DNA of 64,000 bases from Candidatus Limnocylindrales bacterium (GCA_038245845.1 JBBRRZ010000016.1:133-64132), one strand, 5' to 3'; positions 1-9,166 are shown, numbered from the stretch's first letter. Notes: generated from the sequence alone by a model not told the origin. Program-made: numbers and translations.

Positions 1-22
1 GGGCTTAGGTAACGCTTGACCC

Positions 23-322
23 ATGCCGCTGTGGTTGGTTGTCGCCCTGCTGATCATCTTCGTGGCGAGCCGTCCGGTCGAGGCCCGGCTGTGGCGGGCT
101 GGCCGGCTCTCGGACCGCACGACCACCATCCTCATGCTCGGGCGCATGCCGGCGCTCGCACTCGTCGTGTGCGTGGCGCAGGGGGCGTCGCCTGTGCTGA
201 CAGCCGGCATTCTCGCCATCAGCCTCCTGCCGATGGCGCTCTTCTTCCGCTTCTTCATGGGCTTCCTGGCCGAGCAGCGAGCGGAGCGTCAGAAGCAGGG
301 AGCTGCGGCTTCCCGCTCTTGA
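23..322 (+). CDS. Small membrane protein (about 3 hydrophobic segments), unknown function
   Basis: 99-aa ORF with hydrophobic stretches and a charged C-tail. Confidence 0.55.
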   Translation: MPLWLVVALLIIFVASRPVEARLWRAGRLSDRTTTILMLGRMPALALVVCVAQGASPVLTAGILAISLLPMALFFRFFMGFLAEQRAERQKQGAAASRS

Positions 323-395
323 TGTGGGCTCTGCCTTGCTGATGACACATCCGCTGGCGCCGTCCGTCTCAGGGCCGTAGCGGAAGGATATCCCG

Positions 396-1087
396 ATGGC
401 GCGCCGTGCTCGTACGGTCGCAACTGCGCTCGTTGCCGCAGCATGCGTGATCCTGCTGTGGGCGTCCCCAGTCGCGGCCGAGTGCTCGTACCTTCCCGCA
501 TGGCCACCCATCACCACGGCAATCAGCACGGCACGTGTCATCGTCGTCGGCGAGATCGTGAGCGACTTCGACCAGTCCGATCTGCACCTTGGGTCCGACC
601 AGGGTGCTCGAGACTACGCCCTGCGTGTGACCCACGTCCTGCGTGGCCATGCGAGGGTCGGCGATCTCCTCGACGTCCAGTACCTGTTGCCCAACTGGCC
701 GCAGACGCGGATCGCCGGCATCACTGGGACGCTCGCCTCGTGCAACTACCTGCGCATGCACCGGGCGAACTGATCGCCATTGCGTTCGACGCGCTGCAGC
801 CCGGCGGACGCATGAGCGACGGCGACCAAACATGGATCCAGCCGCCGACGCGGTACAACGCCGTGGGCGTCATCAGGACGACCGAACCGTTCGACCCGGA
901 GACGTCCCCTTGGCACGATCGCGAGCGCGTCACCCTGCAGGAGCTGCGCGGCCTCGCCTCGTTGCCGATGACGGACACCGTCCCGCCTGCTGGCGACTCG
1001 TCGGATCGGTCGTCGATCATCCTGGTCGCGGGACTGGCGGCGGGCCTACTCGCCCTGCGACGGTTTCGCGGGAGTCGCGCCCGTTAG
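396..1087 (+). pseudogene. Secreted TIMP/NTR-like protein with C-terminal LPxTD-TM-basic tail, split by a frameshift near 752-757
   Basis: 396-773 gives a signal peptide then AECSY and ARVIVVGEIV; the shifted frame continues HAPGELIAIAF...LPMTDT (962-979), a hydrophobic helix and RRFRGSRAR to the stop at 1087. Confidence 0.65.
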
Positions 1088-1133
1088 CCGCGGCGATGTG
1101 GGCCCGGCTCCGGCGGCGCGCCACCGTTTCGCC

Positions 1134-1631
1134 GTGAACCGACCCGTGCGGCTCGTCGTGTTGGCCACCGTGGCAGGCGTCGTCATCGGCGGGTGCCAGT
1201 CGTCCAGGGATCGACCGGACAATCCCGATGGTGTCCCTCCGATCGTCGTCGTCACCGAGGGCGTCGGACCGTCGGGTCCCTACCGCGTCTGGGCATTCCG
1301 GACCTCTCGGGGCTGGACGTGCATCGAAGTCGATTCGGGAAGTGGGTCAAGCGGTGGCTGCGACCCGGCGGGCGGACCGCCGACCGGCGGGGGCGTCGGG
1401 CGAGATGACCACGGCGTCGTGGTCCACGGCATCACGGCGGCGCCAACGGCTGTCAGCGCGGTCGTTCGCGACGTGAGCGGCGCACGAGTGGACCTCACCT
1501 TGTTCGACGTCGGCTCGACGGTGCCGGGTGCGAAGATCGCCGTGGCGAACCTGGGACCCGACGCCAACCCGGCCGCGATCGACTTCCTTGACGCAGCTGG
1601 CCGCACGGTGGATCAGGCGACGTTTCCATGA
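1134..1631 (+). CDS. Lipoprotein, unknown function
   Basis: GTG 1134 in frame with ORF 1098-1631; signal NRPVRLVVLATVAGVVIGG-C (lipobox). Confidence 0.7.
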   Translation: MNRPVRLVVLATVAGVVIGGCQSSRDRPDNPDGVPPIVVVTEGVGPSGPYRVWAFRTSRGWTCIEVDSGSGSSGGCDPAGGPPTGGGVGRDDHGVVVHGITAAPTAVSAVVRDVSGARVDLTLFDVGSTVPGAKIAVANLGPDANPAAIDFLDAAGRTVDQATFP

Positions 1632-1638
1632 GCGCGCG

Positions 1639-2163
1639 TCACCCTGACGTGGGTATGAACCTTCTCCAGTAGTCGCGCATGGCACGCTCAACGAGCGTCG
1701 CGTCTTCACGGTCGAGGTGGACCAGCCCTGGCAATGCGTCGAGATACGAGGCGATCGCGGCCCGCTGCTGCTCGGTGAACGTGTCGAACATGGCGTAGCG
1801 ATACGCCCTGAACTCCTTCGTCGGCGCCAGTGCGCCGATCGTGCCGATGACGGTCATGTCCGTGTCGTCGCGCCACTTGTCCTCGTCGTCGTAGTGCCCG
1901 AACAGCCACAGCATGAGCGGCGGCAGGTAGTAGCGAAGCCCGTCGGCGTCCAGGTGCGCGACCATGGCCGTCCGCACCTCGTCCTCTGGCACGGCGGCCC
2001 AGTCATCGGTCACCTCGGACCGTTTGAGGGCCTGAAACTCGGCCAGCGTGTACCCACGGCCGTAGTCGTCCGCGGCCTTCGCCTGGTGGAGGCTCACTCC
2101 CGATCCCAGCTGGACGCCCGCGAAGGCCGTGCGGATCGCGGCTTCGACAGCTTCTCGTTCCAT
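1639..2163 (-). CDS. DUF6714-like protein
   Basis: Family-like pattern IRTAFAGV.LG.GVSL...DW...HLDADGLRYYLP. Confidence 0.65.
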   Translation of the reverse strand: MEREAVEAAIRTAFAGVQLGSGVSLHQAKAADDYGRGYTLAEFQALKRSEVTDDWAAVPEDEVRTAMVAHLDADGLRYYLPPLMLWLFGHYDDEDKWRDDTDMTVIGTIGALAPTKEFRAYRYAMFDTFTEQQRAAIASYLDALPGLVHLDREDATLVERAMRDYWRRFIPTSG

Positions 2164-2214
2164 CGCCGTAAGACTCCCTTGCGCGCGGTGGTGCGCCGTC
2201 TACGATTGGCGGTA

Positions 2215-2541
2215 CTACGGCCCGCTGGGCGCCGTCCCGAACCACGCCGTGAGGATCAACAGGACGATCGGACCTCCGACGATCAGCACGCCGAACAGGA
2301 TCAGGTCCTGCTTCGCCCAGCGCCTGACCGCCTGCTGGTTGCCGATCATCGCGTGCACTTCGGGCCCCCACCAGGAGCGATGCGGGTTCAGGACGGTGAT
2401 CGCGACAGCGGCGAACCCGACACCCATCAGCACGATCGGCACGAGCTCGGCGCCGAGCCACGCAAGGATCATCACCAGGACGATCATGCCGAAGAACCAC
2501 AGCCGGTTCAGCAGGAGGTAGGTGCGCAGGCTCGGCGTCAC
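2215..2541 (-). CDS. Small multi-pass membrane protein
   Basis: Three hydrophobic helices; GTG 2541 chosen, the ORF track extends it to 2580. Confidence 0.6.
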   Translation of the reverse strand: MTPSLRTYLLLNRLWFFGMIVLVMILAWLGAELVPIVLMGVGFAAVAITVLNPHRSWWGPEVHAMIGNQQAVRRWAKQDLILFGVLIVGGPIVLLILTAWFGTAPSGP

Positions 2542-2573
2542 CTGGGCAGCATACGTTTCCCCAAGCGAGCCGC

Positions 2574-2600
2574 GTGACAATCAGCGGTGCGGGAGCGTCA
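2574..2600 (+). promoter_or_regulatory. Candidate ECF-type promoter GTGACA-N16-CGTCA
   Basis: One mismatch to GTCACA-N16-CGTCA upstream of the ECF gene at 24457; lies just upstream of an SD for the lipoprotein gene. Confidence 0.3.
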
Positions 2601-2634
2601 CTCGCTCGTCACCTCTCGACACCAGGAGTCAAGC

Positions 2635-3792
2635 CTGACTGCACTACACCGGGTCCGCCTGCTCGTGGTCCTACTCGTTGCGATGCTTGTCGTGTCGGCG
2701 TGCGCGACCTCGCCGCGGCCTGACCCAACAGGATCAGCACCATCGATCCCCGCCAATGCGAACCCCATCACCAACATCACCTGGACCGAGACCCGGCTGC
2801 CGGACGGGATCGGTTCCGAGTCGATGTTCTATGGCGCGGCCGGCGGCCCCAAGGGGTTCGTGATCGTCGGCGACACCGGTGCATTGGGGTTCGGTGGGGT
2901 GGCGCTCACGTCCACCGACGGCAACGCGTGGGCGTTGGTCGATGACACGGACATCACCCCGTGGTCCCTCGAGGAGGTCATCGCGACGGATGCCGGGTAC
3001 ATCGCGATCGGCGGAACCTTCGGGTCCGGTCCTTCCGGGTGGTCAAGCGCCATCCTGACCTCATCGGACGGCCGGGACTGGTCCGTCCGTCACCAGGGCG
3101 AGGGGTCGATCAGTTCGGTCGCGGCCCACGGATCGCATGTCGTGGCGACCACCGATGGCCCAGCGATCCTGGTCTCGGATGACGCCGGAGGCTCCTGGTC
3201 ATCGGTCAAGCGGTCCGATGTGGGTCTCGAGGGGGACGCGGTCAGCGCGGTCGCCGTGCTGGGAAGTGGTCGATGGCTCGCGATCGGTTCCAAGGGCCTG
3301 TCCGCGGCGGCGTGGGTATCCGACGATGGCGCTCGATGGACACCGGCGGCCATGGAAGGCGCCGATCCCGTCCCGGGCGTCAAGCGCGTCACGACCTATG
3401 GTCTCGTCGCCGGTGACGCCGTCGGGATCGCTTCCGGGACCGACGACCCCGAGCTGTGTGATGGCGACGCCGACGACGGCTGCAACCACTACGGTGCCGC
3501 CTGGTCGACGGAAGACGGCTCGACGTGGCGCCGCCTTCCCAAGGGGACGCCGCCCGCCGATGCAGGAGGCACGTATCTGTGGCCGGCAGGTCCCGCGGGT
3601 GTATTGGCTGGGATCGCCTCCAGGCAGTCGGCGAACGGCTGGGACTGGACGCCGTTCCCGGGCCCCGCAGGCGGGGACCTCGCGTCGATCTTGGCCCTGC
3701 ACGGATCGACCGTGGTCGCGGCAGGGATCACCGCGCCCGATGACGGCCCCCTGCTCGGCATCTGGGTTGGTGCCGTGACCTACGCTCGCTAG
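2635..3792 (+). CDS. Lipoprotein with BNR/Asp-box-like beta-propeller repeats; probable CTG start
   Basis: AGGAG 2624-2628 then in-frame CTG 2635 gives signal TALHRVRLLVVLLVAMLVVSA-C; repeated S/T-x-D-G-x-x-W motifs (STDGNAW, SSDGRDW, SDDAGGSW, SDDGARW, TEDGSTW). Confidence 0.75.
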   Translation: MTALHRVRLLVVLLVAMLVVSACATSPRPDPTGSAPSIPANANPITNITWTETRLPDGIGSESMFYGAAGGPKGFVIVGDTGALGFGGVALTSTDGNAWALVDDTDITPWSLEEVIATDAGYIAIGGTFGSGPSGWSSAILTSSDGRDWSVRHQGEGSISSVAAHGSHVVATTDGPAILVSDDAGGSWSSVKRSDVGLEGDAVSAVAVLGSGRWLAIGSKGLSAAAWVSDDGARWTPAAMEGADPVPGVKRVTTYGLVAGDAVGIASGTDDPELCDGDADDGCNHYGAAWSTEDGSTWRRLPKGTPPADAGGTYLWPAGPAGVLAGIASRQSANGWDWTPFPGPAGGDLASILALHGSTVVAAGITAPDDGPLLGIWVGAVTYAR

Positions 3793-3911
3793 AGATACAC
3801 CTCAGGCCGGTCGCTCCGGGGCGGTGGGGGCCGGTGGCGGGTCCTATTCGCCTTTGATGCTACGTGCGGGGCCAGTCAGGTCCGAGCAAGTCACGTCCCT
3901 TCGGCTCGGCG

Positions 3912-3938
3912 GGAACTGGATGTCCCCAGCGGGCAATC
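3912..3938 (+). promoter_or_regulatory. Candidate autoregulatory ECF promoter GGAACT-N16-CAATC
   Basis: GGAAC -35-like box with a 16-nt spacer immediately upstream of the sigma start. Confidence 0.35.
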
Positions 3939-3946
3939 ATGGAGTG

Positions 3947-4534
3947 ATGGACGCGCTGACGGACGCCGACCTGATCCGCACCTCGCTCCGGGAGCCGAGA
4001 GCGTTCGCCGGCATCTTCGACCGTCACTTTGCCCGCGTTCGCGGCTACCTCGGCCGCCGTGTCGAGTCGGAGGTTGCGCAGGACCTGGCCTCGGAGACGT
4101 TCACCGTTGCGTTCGACGCTCGGGCGCGTTTTGACCTGTCGCGGGCAGACGCAGGGCCGTGGCTGCTTGGCATCGCGACCAACCTCCTGCGCCATCACCG
4201 GCGCCGTGAGGTCCGGCGACTGCGCGCCATGGCCAGCCTGCCGCGAGAGTTCGGGGTGGACGACGCGGTGACGGCCATCGCCTCGAGAGTCGATGCCGAC
4301 ACCCTGCGCGGGCCGCTCTTCATCGCGCTGTCGGATCTGCAGCCGGGTGATCGCGACGCCTTGCTGCTGCTCGCCTGGGCCGACCTCTCCTATGCCGAAA
4401 TCGCGACTGCCCTCCGTATCCCCATCGGCACCGTGCGATCGAGAGTGCACCGAGCCCGAGGCCGGATCCGCGAACGCATCGGTCTGACCGGGCAATACCT
4501 GACTGTCGACACCACCACTCGTGAGGTCTCTTGA
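3947..4534 (+). CDS. ECF RNA polymerase sigma-70 factor
   Basis: Region 2 (AQDLASETF...AGPWLLGIATN) and region 4 (GDRDALLL...SYAEIA.AL.IPIGTVRSRVHRAR). Confidence 0.93.
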   Translation: MDALTDADLIRTSLREPRAFAGIFDRHFARVRGYLGRRVESEVAQDLASETFTVAFDARARFDLSRADAGPWLLGIATNLLRHHRRREVRRLRAMASLPREFGVDDAVTAIASRVDADTLRGPLFIALSDLQPGDRDALLLLAWADLSYAEIATALRIPIGTVRSRVHRARGRIRERIGLTGQYLTVDTTTREVS

Positions 4535-5199
4535 CCATGGATGACATCGCGCTTCTGCAAGCCCTCGCACCGACCGCACGTGCAGCCACTTCCGCGGAAG
4601 TCCACGGAGCCCGGATGGCCCTTCTCGGCCACATCGACGAGCGTGCCCTGCCGCGGACTACCGGCCTGCGACACTTCCGGCGGCCAGCCCTTCGACGACC
4701 GACGCTCCTTGCGTTCGGTGCGCTGCTCATCGCGGGCATGGTCACCGTCGCCGGCGCAGCGTTCTACCTCGGCGAATTCGGCCCCGTCGATCACCCGGCA
4801 ACCGCGGATCAGATCGAGACCGAGATCACCGCAACGATGGCAGGAACCCCGTTGCCTGCGGGCCGGACGTATCCGGTCGACGCTCTCCGTGCCCGAGCTG
4901 AGCCGGCAGGAAATCTCACCCGCTTCGCCGGGGTCCAGCAGGTGCAGTTCTACGCGATGTGCGCCTGGTCCGGTGCCTGGCTCGACGCCGATCACAACGC
5001 CGACGAGGTGGGCACGGCGCGGGCCACGAAGGTGATCGCCACATTCCCCACCTGGCAATCCGTGTCCGACAGTCGCCTCGCGGACAACGCGGTCCGCACG
5101 CAGATCAAGGCGGTCGTCGTCGCTGCGCAGGCAGGAAACCGCGGTCCAGTCCGGGGGTTGTTCGATGCAATGTCATGCGGCAGCATCCTGGGCAAGTGA
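4531..5199 (+). CDS. Membrane-anchored anti-sigma factor
   Basis: Start overlaps the sigma stop; cytoplasmic N-terminus, single TM (LLAFGALLIAGMVTVAGAAFYLG), ectodomain with a Cys pair. Confidence 0.75.
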   Translation: MTMDDIALLQALAPTARAATSAEVHGARMALLGHIDERALPRTTGLRHFRRPALRRPTLLAFGALLIAGMVTVAGAAFYLGEFGPVDHPATADQIETEITATMAGTPLPAGRTYPVDALRARAEPAGNLTRFAGVQQVQFYAMCAWSGAWLDADHNADEVGTARATKVIATFPTWQSVSDSRLADNAVRTQIKAVVVAAQAGNRGPVRGLFDAMSCGSILGK

Positions 5200-5414
5200 C
5201 CCAGCATCAACGTGGCAAACAGGGAGACCTGCGGTCGTCGCGCCTGGGCTCCGGTAATGGCCTCGTCGTGCTCCTCGGAGGAATCGGCGGCGTTGGCGTG
5301 GCCGCGGTACTCGCCGGGGACTGGTGGCTCGCTCGGAAGCCACTAGTCGGCATCGGACTGACCCTTTTCGTCCTGGACTTGGGGGTAGCGTCTCAGTTTG
5401 AGACGGGCAGATAG
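5196..5414 (+). CDS. Possible small membrane protein coupled to the anti-sigma gene
   Basis: GTGA overlap with the anti-sigma stop; 72 aa with two hydrophobic segments. Confidence 0.35.
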   Translation: MTQHQRGKQGDLRSSRLGSGNGLVVLLGGIGGVGVAAVLAGDWWLARKPLVGIGLTLFVLDLGVASQFETGR

Positions 5415-5593
5415 TCACACCGGCACTGATCGTTCTCGCACGTCGGTACGGGAACCGGCGGCGCGCTCGTGGGGTCGTGCACGCTGCCGCCCAGGGATCG
5501 GCACGTGGCGCACGCGTCGTCCATCGCGTAGTGCTCGACTTGGCCACTGAGGTCCGCTACGTCGCGTAGCAACTGCGCGAGATTGGGGTCCAT
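5393..5593 (-). CDS. 66-aa Cys-rich protein with a MuF-like zinc motif
   Basis: DDACATCRSLGG...PPVPVPTCENDQCRC. Confidence 0.55.
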   Translation of the reverse strand: MDPNLAQLLRDVADLSGQVEHYAMDDACATCRSLGGSVHDPTSAPPVPVPTCENDQCRCDYLPVSN

Positions 5594-5715
5594 TCCGCGA
5601 TGGTACGCCTCGGTCGCACCCGCTCAGCTGGCCGCCCTGCATTGCGGTTCGGAAGCCTTTGACGCGCGGTGAACATGCGTTCGCGAGGATGCGGCTCGGG
5701 GTGCTTCGGCAGAAT

Positions 5716-5752
5716 GTCAAGCACTTGACGTGACCATCTACCCAACGGTCAC
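5716..5752. promoter_or_regulatory. Two adjacent inverted repeats; operator or divergent -35 candidate
   Basis: GTCAAG-CA-CTTGAC (5716-5729, TTGAC on both strands) and GTGACC-N11-GGTCAC (5730-5752). Confidence 0.4.
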
Positions 5753-5892
5753 CAAAGAGGAAATCAAAGGGTGGCGCAGCGGCCCGCAAACCGGAAATCG
5801 CGCGGGCCACGGGGTCGCGACACAGGACCGGGCGTTGGCCTCCGTGCGGGTCACGGTGAGCATCTGGGCGCGATCCTCCAGGGCAGGCCCAG

Positions 5893-6222
5893 TTAGCGCA
5901 GACTCTGGCGCGCTTCGGGTTCGGTGGAACGGATCTGGGCACGAGATCGTCGTCGAGCCGAGCGTGCTTGACGATACGGCCTAGCTGTTCGTTGACCCCA
6001 CCTGGCAGCGGCAGCCTTGCCCGCGATCTCCGACCGGCGCTCAGGACCAAGCCGCTCCGCCCGGAGCTTCCCGCTCTTGGCCCCGCCCAGCTTGCCGCGC
6101 TCGACGCGCTCCGGGTCGGGCAACGCGAGTTCGTCCTCGTCGCGGGCCAGGAGCGCGTCGATCGCGTCCACCATGGCCTTGGCGCGGCGGTTCGGGTCGG
6201 CGGGCATCCTGCCTTCCTTCAT
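5893..6222 (-). CDS. Small basic protein of the GG.KGGK.RAE.L..E.RSEIA.KAAAARW type, often MGE-associated
   Basis: MPADPNRRAKAMVD...GKLGGAKSGKLRAERLGPERRSEIAGKAAAARW; start 6222 (ATGA overlap) or 6207; C-tail may be read-through. Confidence 0.6.
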   Translation of the reverse strand: MKEGRMPADPNRRAKAMVDAIDALLARDEDELALPDPERVERGKLGGAKSGKLRAERLGPERRSEIAGKAAAARWGQRTARPYRQARSARRRSRAQIRSTEPEARQSLR

Positions 6223-6353
6223 TGAGTTAGGGCCCCGGAGCCCCACAGCAGGATGAACGCGACCACTAGGACGGCAATGATGAAGACGGCGGTCAGGAAA
6301 ACCGCGAACCCGAGCAGGCTCGCTCGTATCAATGGTCGCCGGTCGTGCTTCAT
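6219..6353 (-). CDS. 44-aa single-TM microprotein missed by the ORF track
   Basis: MKHDRRPLIRASLLGFAVFLTAVFIIAVLVVAFILLWGSGALTQ; AGGGAC before ATG; TGA overlaps the next ATG. Confidence 0.55.
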   Translation of the reverse strand: MKHDRRPLIRASLLGFAVFLTAVFIIAVLVVAFILLWGSGALTQ

Positions 6354-6520
6354 GTCCCTAAGCACGGCGCGGATGCTTAGAGAGAGTCAACGGGCGGACG
6401 ATTCAAACTTAGACACCACCGACTTGGAACTTGGGCGGGCTGGCAAGCGAGGTCTATTCGCCCGCGGCGTTGGCCTCATGGCCATACGCTCACGCGGAGC
6501 TGCTTTTGACGCCCGGAGCG

Positions 6521-6964
6521 TCATGGTTCACTCGCCAGCTCGACCGTCGAGCGTGCGGACCCGTGAGGAAGACGGACGATGGTCGCGAAGCCGAGCGCGG
6601 CAATGAGAGTGAGTGCCAGATACAACGGCTCGGCCCGCTCGGTTCCGAACGCGATGGCGAGGACCAAGACGCCAGCGACGAGGTAGGCCGTGAGGCGTGG
6701 GTGCCCAAGGCAGAGGATCGCAACTCCCCACGCAACGAGGGCGGCGAGGAGCACCGGGACCCCGTACACCACGGTCAGGAAGAACATGCTGCCGACGGCG
6801 TACCAGAAGACCTGTTCGATCGGCGAGCCAGACCAGCCCGAGATGGAACGATCCGGTGAGGACGTGAGAAGGACGACTCCCACAAGGGCGCTCAGGACGA
6901 AGGCGTAGGCATTCAGGAGCACGTAGTTCACAAGGAACCAGCGCGCCTCGCGTGCGACGTTCAT
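6521..6964 (-). CDS. Four-TM membrane protein
   Basis: Four hydrophobic helices; ATGA overlap with the upstream gene stop. Confidence 0.65.
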   Translation of the reverse strand: MNVAREARWFLVNYVLLNAYAFVLSALVGVVLLTSSPDRSISGWSGSPIEQVFWYAVGSMFFLTVVYGVPVLLAALVAWGVAILCLGHPRLTAYLVAGVLVLAIAFGTERAEPLYLALTLIAALGFATIVRLPHGSARSTVELASEP

Positions 6965-7935
6965 CGCGAACGCAACTTGCTTGCCACATCGACGAGGCAG
7001 AGTTGGTTGGGCTCTCCGGGGCCATGCGCTGTGAGCCCCGCGAGGATCCCGCCTGACGACACTTCGCCGCCGTAGAACTCGAGCGGGCTCAACTCGCCGG
7101 TGATCTGGCCGGACTTCAGGTCGAGGACGGTCAGCCTGGCAGTCTCGCTCCGCTGGTAGATGAGGGACGCTCGGTCGGGGCTGAGTGTCATCTGGCGGCC
7201 GCCGTATCCGGGCGGCCGGACGACCTGGCGCTGGCCGTCGTGGAGCACGACGAAGTCCTGCGGCGCGCCGGCTTCCGCGTACTCATCCCAGACGACCCAG
7301 GCGCCGCTTCTGTCAGCCCAGAAAGTGGACCACAGCCGGGTCGTCCACGGGCTTACGCCGACCGGCGCTGCCTCGGGATGGGCGATGTCGATCTTGACGA
7401 GCCTCGATCCCTCGGGCGGGCCCGGATCGCCCTCCATGGTGATGAGGCCCCCGCCGGCCCAGACGAGCCCGACGTAGGGCGCGGCCTTCGACGGGGCGCC
7501 GATCTTCGTCGCCATCCCGCCGACTGGCAATGTCCAGAGTTGCCGTGCGACCGCGTTGGGCACCTTGGGATTCCACGTGAACCAGTAGACGCCTCCAGCG
7601 TCGTCGATGGCCGCGTCGTCTACGGCGAGGGCATCCGTGGAAGCGTCACTCACAGGGGCCAGATCCGGCCAACCGAAGACGCGGATCCTGCCCTGCCCGT
7701 CAGAATCCGACGATGTGCTGACCGCGAGGAAGTTGCCGCCCGACGACCAGGCCACCGCCTGCACTCTCTCACCGCGGAAGGACCGACAGTCCGCCGGGGG
7801 CTGCACAGAGGCCTCGATCGTCGCGGCCGTGGAGCTTGATCCAGTCCCACAGGCGCCGACAAGCACCGCGAAGATACCCAGCCCCACGAGCCTCGCGGAC
7901 GCGGCGGCTGTGACGCCGAACAACATGCTATGCAT
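6961..7935 (-). CDS. Lipoprotein, WD40/TolB-like beta-propeller
   Basis: Lipobox LVGA-C; repeats VAWSSGG..LAV, WADRSG.WVVW, LSPD..SLIY; start uncertain (7926-7971). Confidence 0.7.
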   Translation of the reverse strand: MHSMLFGVTAAASARLVGLGIFAVLVGACGTGSSSTAATIEASVQPPADCRSFRGERVQAVAWSSGGNFLAVSTSSDSDGQGRIRVFGWPDLAPVSDASTDALAVDDAAIDDAGGVYWFTWNPKVPNAVARQLWTLPVGGMATKIGAPSKAAPYVGLVWAGGGLITMEGDPGPPEGSRLVKIDIAHPEAAPVGVSPWTTRLWSTFWADRSGAWVVWDEYAEAGAPQDFVVLHDGQRQVVRPPGYGGRQMTLSPDRASLIYQRSETARLTVLDLKSGQITGELSPLEFYGGEVSSGGILAGLTAHGPGEPNQLCLVDVASKLRSR

Positions 7936-8083
7936 GAGTATCACGTTACGCGAGCGAGGTCGAGTACGCAATCCCCCGTTTCGCGTACGGCGAGTACCGC
8001 CGCGCCTGAACGTCGGCAGTCGCTCGGGCGGAGTGTCCCCTAACAGGCCGTCAGGGTCGTTGCCGCAATGCCGTCAATGTGGT

Positions 8084-9166
8084 TCACGACGCGCAGACCC
8101 AGTACCAGCCCTCGCCGAGGTCTTCGGCACCGCCTCCACCGCTGCCCAGTGGATCAAGCACGAGCGCCTCCGGCACCTGCGCGTATTCGTAACCGCAGTA
8201 CGGGTCGGGCGAGAAGAACACCTGGGTGAGGAAGAACACGGTCGCGGGAGGCCCCGGCGTCGCTTGGACGACGCCTTCTCGAGCGAGACTCTCGAGGCCT
8301 GCCGGCAACGTGTAGTCATCGTTCTCAGCGGGTGTGAGGCTGCCCACGTGCAGCGCCTCGACCACCGCGGTGCGGCCATGGATCCCCCCGGCGAAGTCGA
8401 CGGTCCGGGCGAGGCGTGGTCCGCCCACCATCGCGATGCATGCGCCGGCCAGGGCAAGGGCCGCGCCCAAGGCCGCGAACCGGCGGCCTCGGCCGCGGCG
8501 GATCAACGCCCACAGACCGGCCAGGAGCGCAATGAGAATTGCTGCCGCGGCAGTGAGATACGCCTGTGCAGCGAACCAGATCCCGAGGCCCACCGGCGCC
8601 TGTGGTTGGTGGTCCGGGCGCATGTACGCCGAGTCCCGCAGCTCGCTGACGAAGGCCGCGAAGGTGCCTCTGGGCAGCCAGTTCGCGCCGGCACCGTACT
8701 GCTCGAGGGCGCCCGCATGATCGACGGCGATGGCATCCGGCCGGAGCGGTCGCCAGTAGGCGTCCTCCGCGCCCCAGTCGCCCGTCCTGGGCACCACAAA
8801 CTCACGCAGCCACGTGCCCTTGTTGATGAGGAACCAGATGGCACGCTCGCGCGGCACAGCGTCACCAAGGCCGCCAACAGTCACGCAGTCGCCGACGAAT
8901 TCCACGGTCAGATCGGCCGGCGCCGGCGACGGGAGCTCACCCAGAAGGACCTCTTCGACGCGAACCGTGGCGGCCGTGTACTGGCATCCGTTCACGACGC
9001 GTCCGGCGCCCGCGTTGAGCGCGGTGCCGATGACAACGACAGTCGCGGCCTCGATCGAGCTGACGTACGAGTCGCCGGATTCCGCCGCGGCGCGCACGGC
9101 GCCAGGGCACGCCAATCCGGGTGCAATGGCGATGGCGAGGAGCACGGCGATGGTTGCTCGATGCAT
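8084..9166 (-). CDS. Secreted NTR/TIMP-like domain, two TM helices and a C-terminal domain
   Basis: Signal MHRATIAVLLAIAIAPG; ATVVVIGTA...ATVRVEEVLLG; central TM hairpin. Confidence 0.65.
   Translation of the reverse strand: MHRATIAVLLAIAIAPGLACPGAVRAAAESGDSYVSSIEAATVVVIGTALNAGAGRVVNGCQYTAATVRVEEVLLGELPSPAPADLTVEFVGDCVTVGGLGDAVPRERAIWFLINKGTWLREFVVPRTGDWGAEDAYWRPLRPDAIAVDHAGALEQYGAGANWLPRGTFAAFVSELRDSAYMRPDHQPQAPVGLGIWFAAQAYLTAAAAILIALLAGLWALIRRGRGRRFAALGAALALAGACIAMVGGPRLARTVDFAGGIHGRTAVVEALHVGSLTPAENDDYTLPAGLESLAREGVVQATPGPPATVFFLTQVFFSPDPYCGYEYAQVPEALVLDPLGSGGGGAEDLGEGWYWVCAS

Noticed and set aside
5730-5984. 84-aa ORF MTIYPTVTK
   Set aside because: No SD or recognisable motif; its start lies inside an inverted repeat and it overlaps the opposite-strand gene tail.
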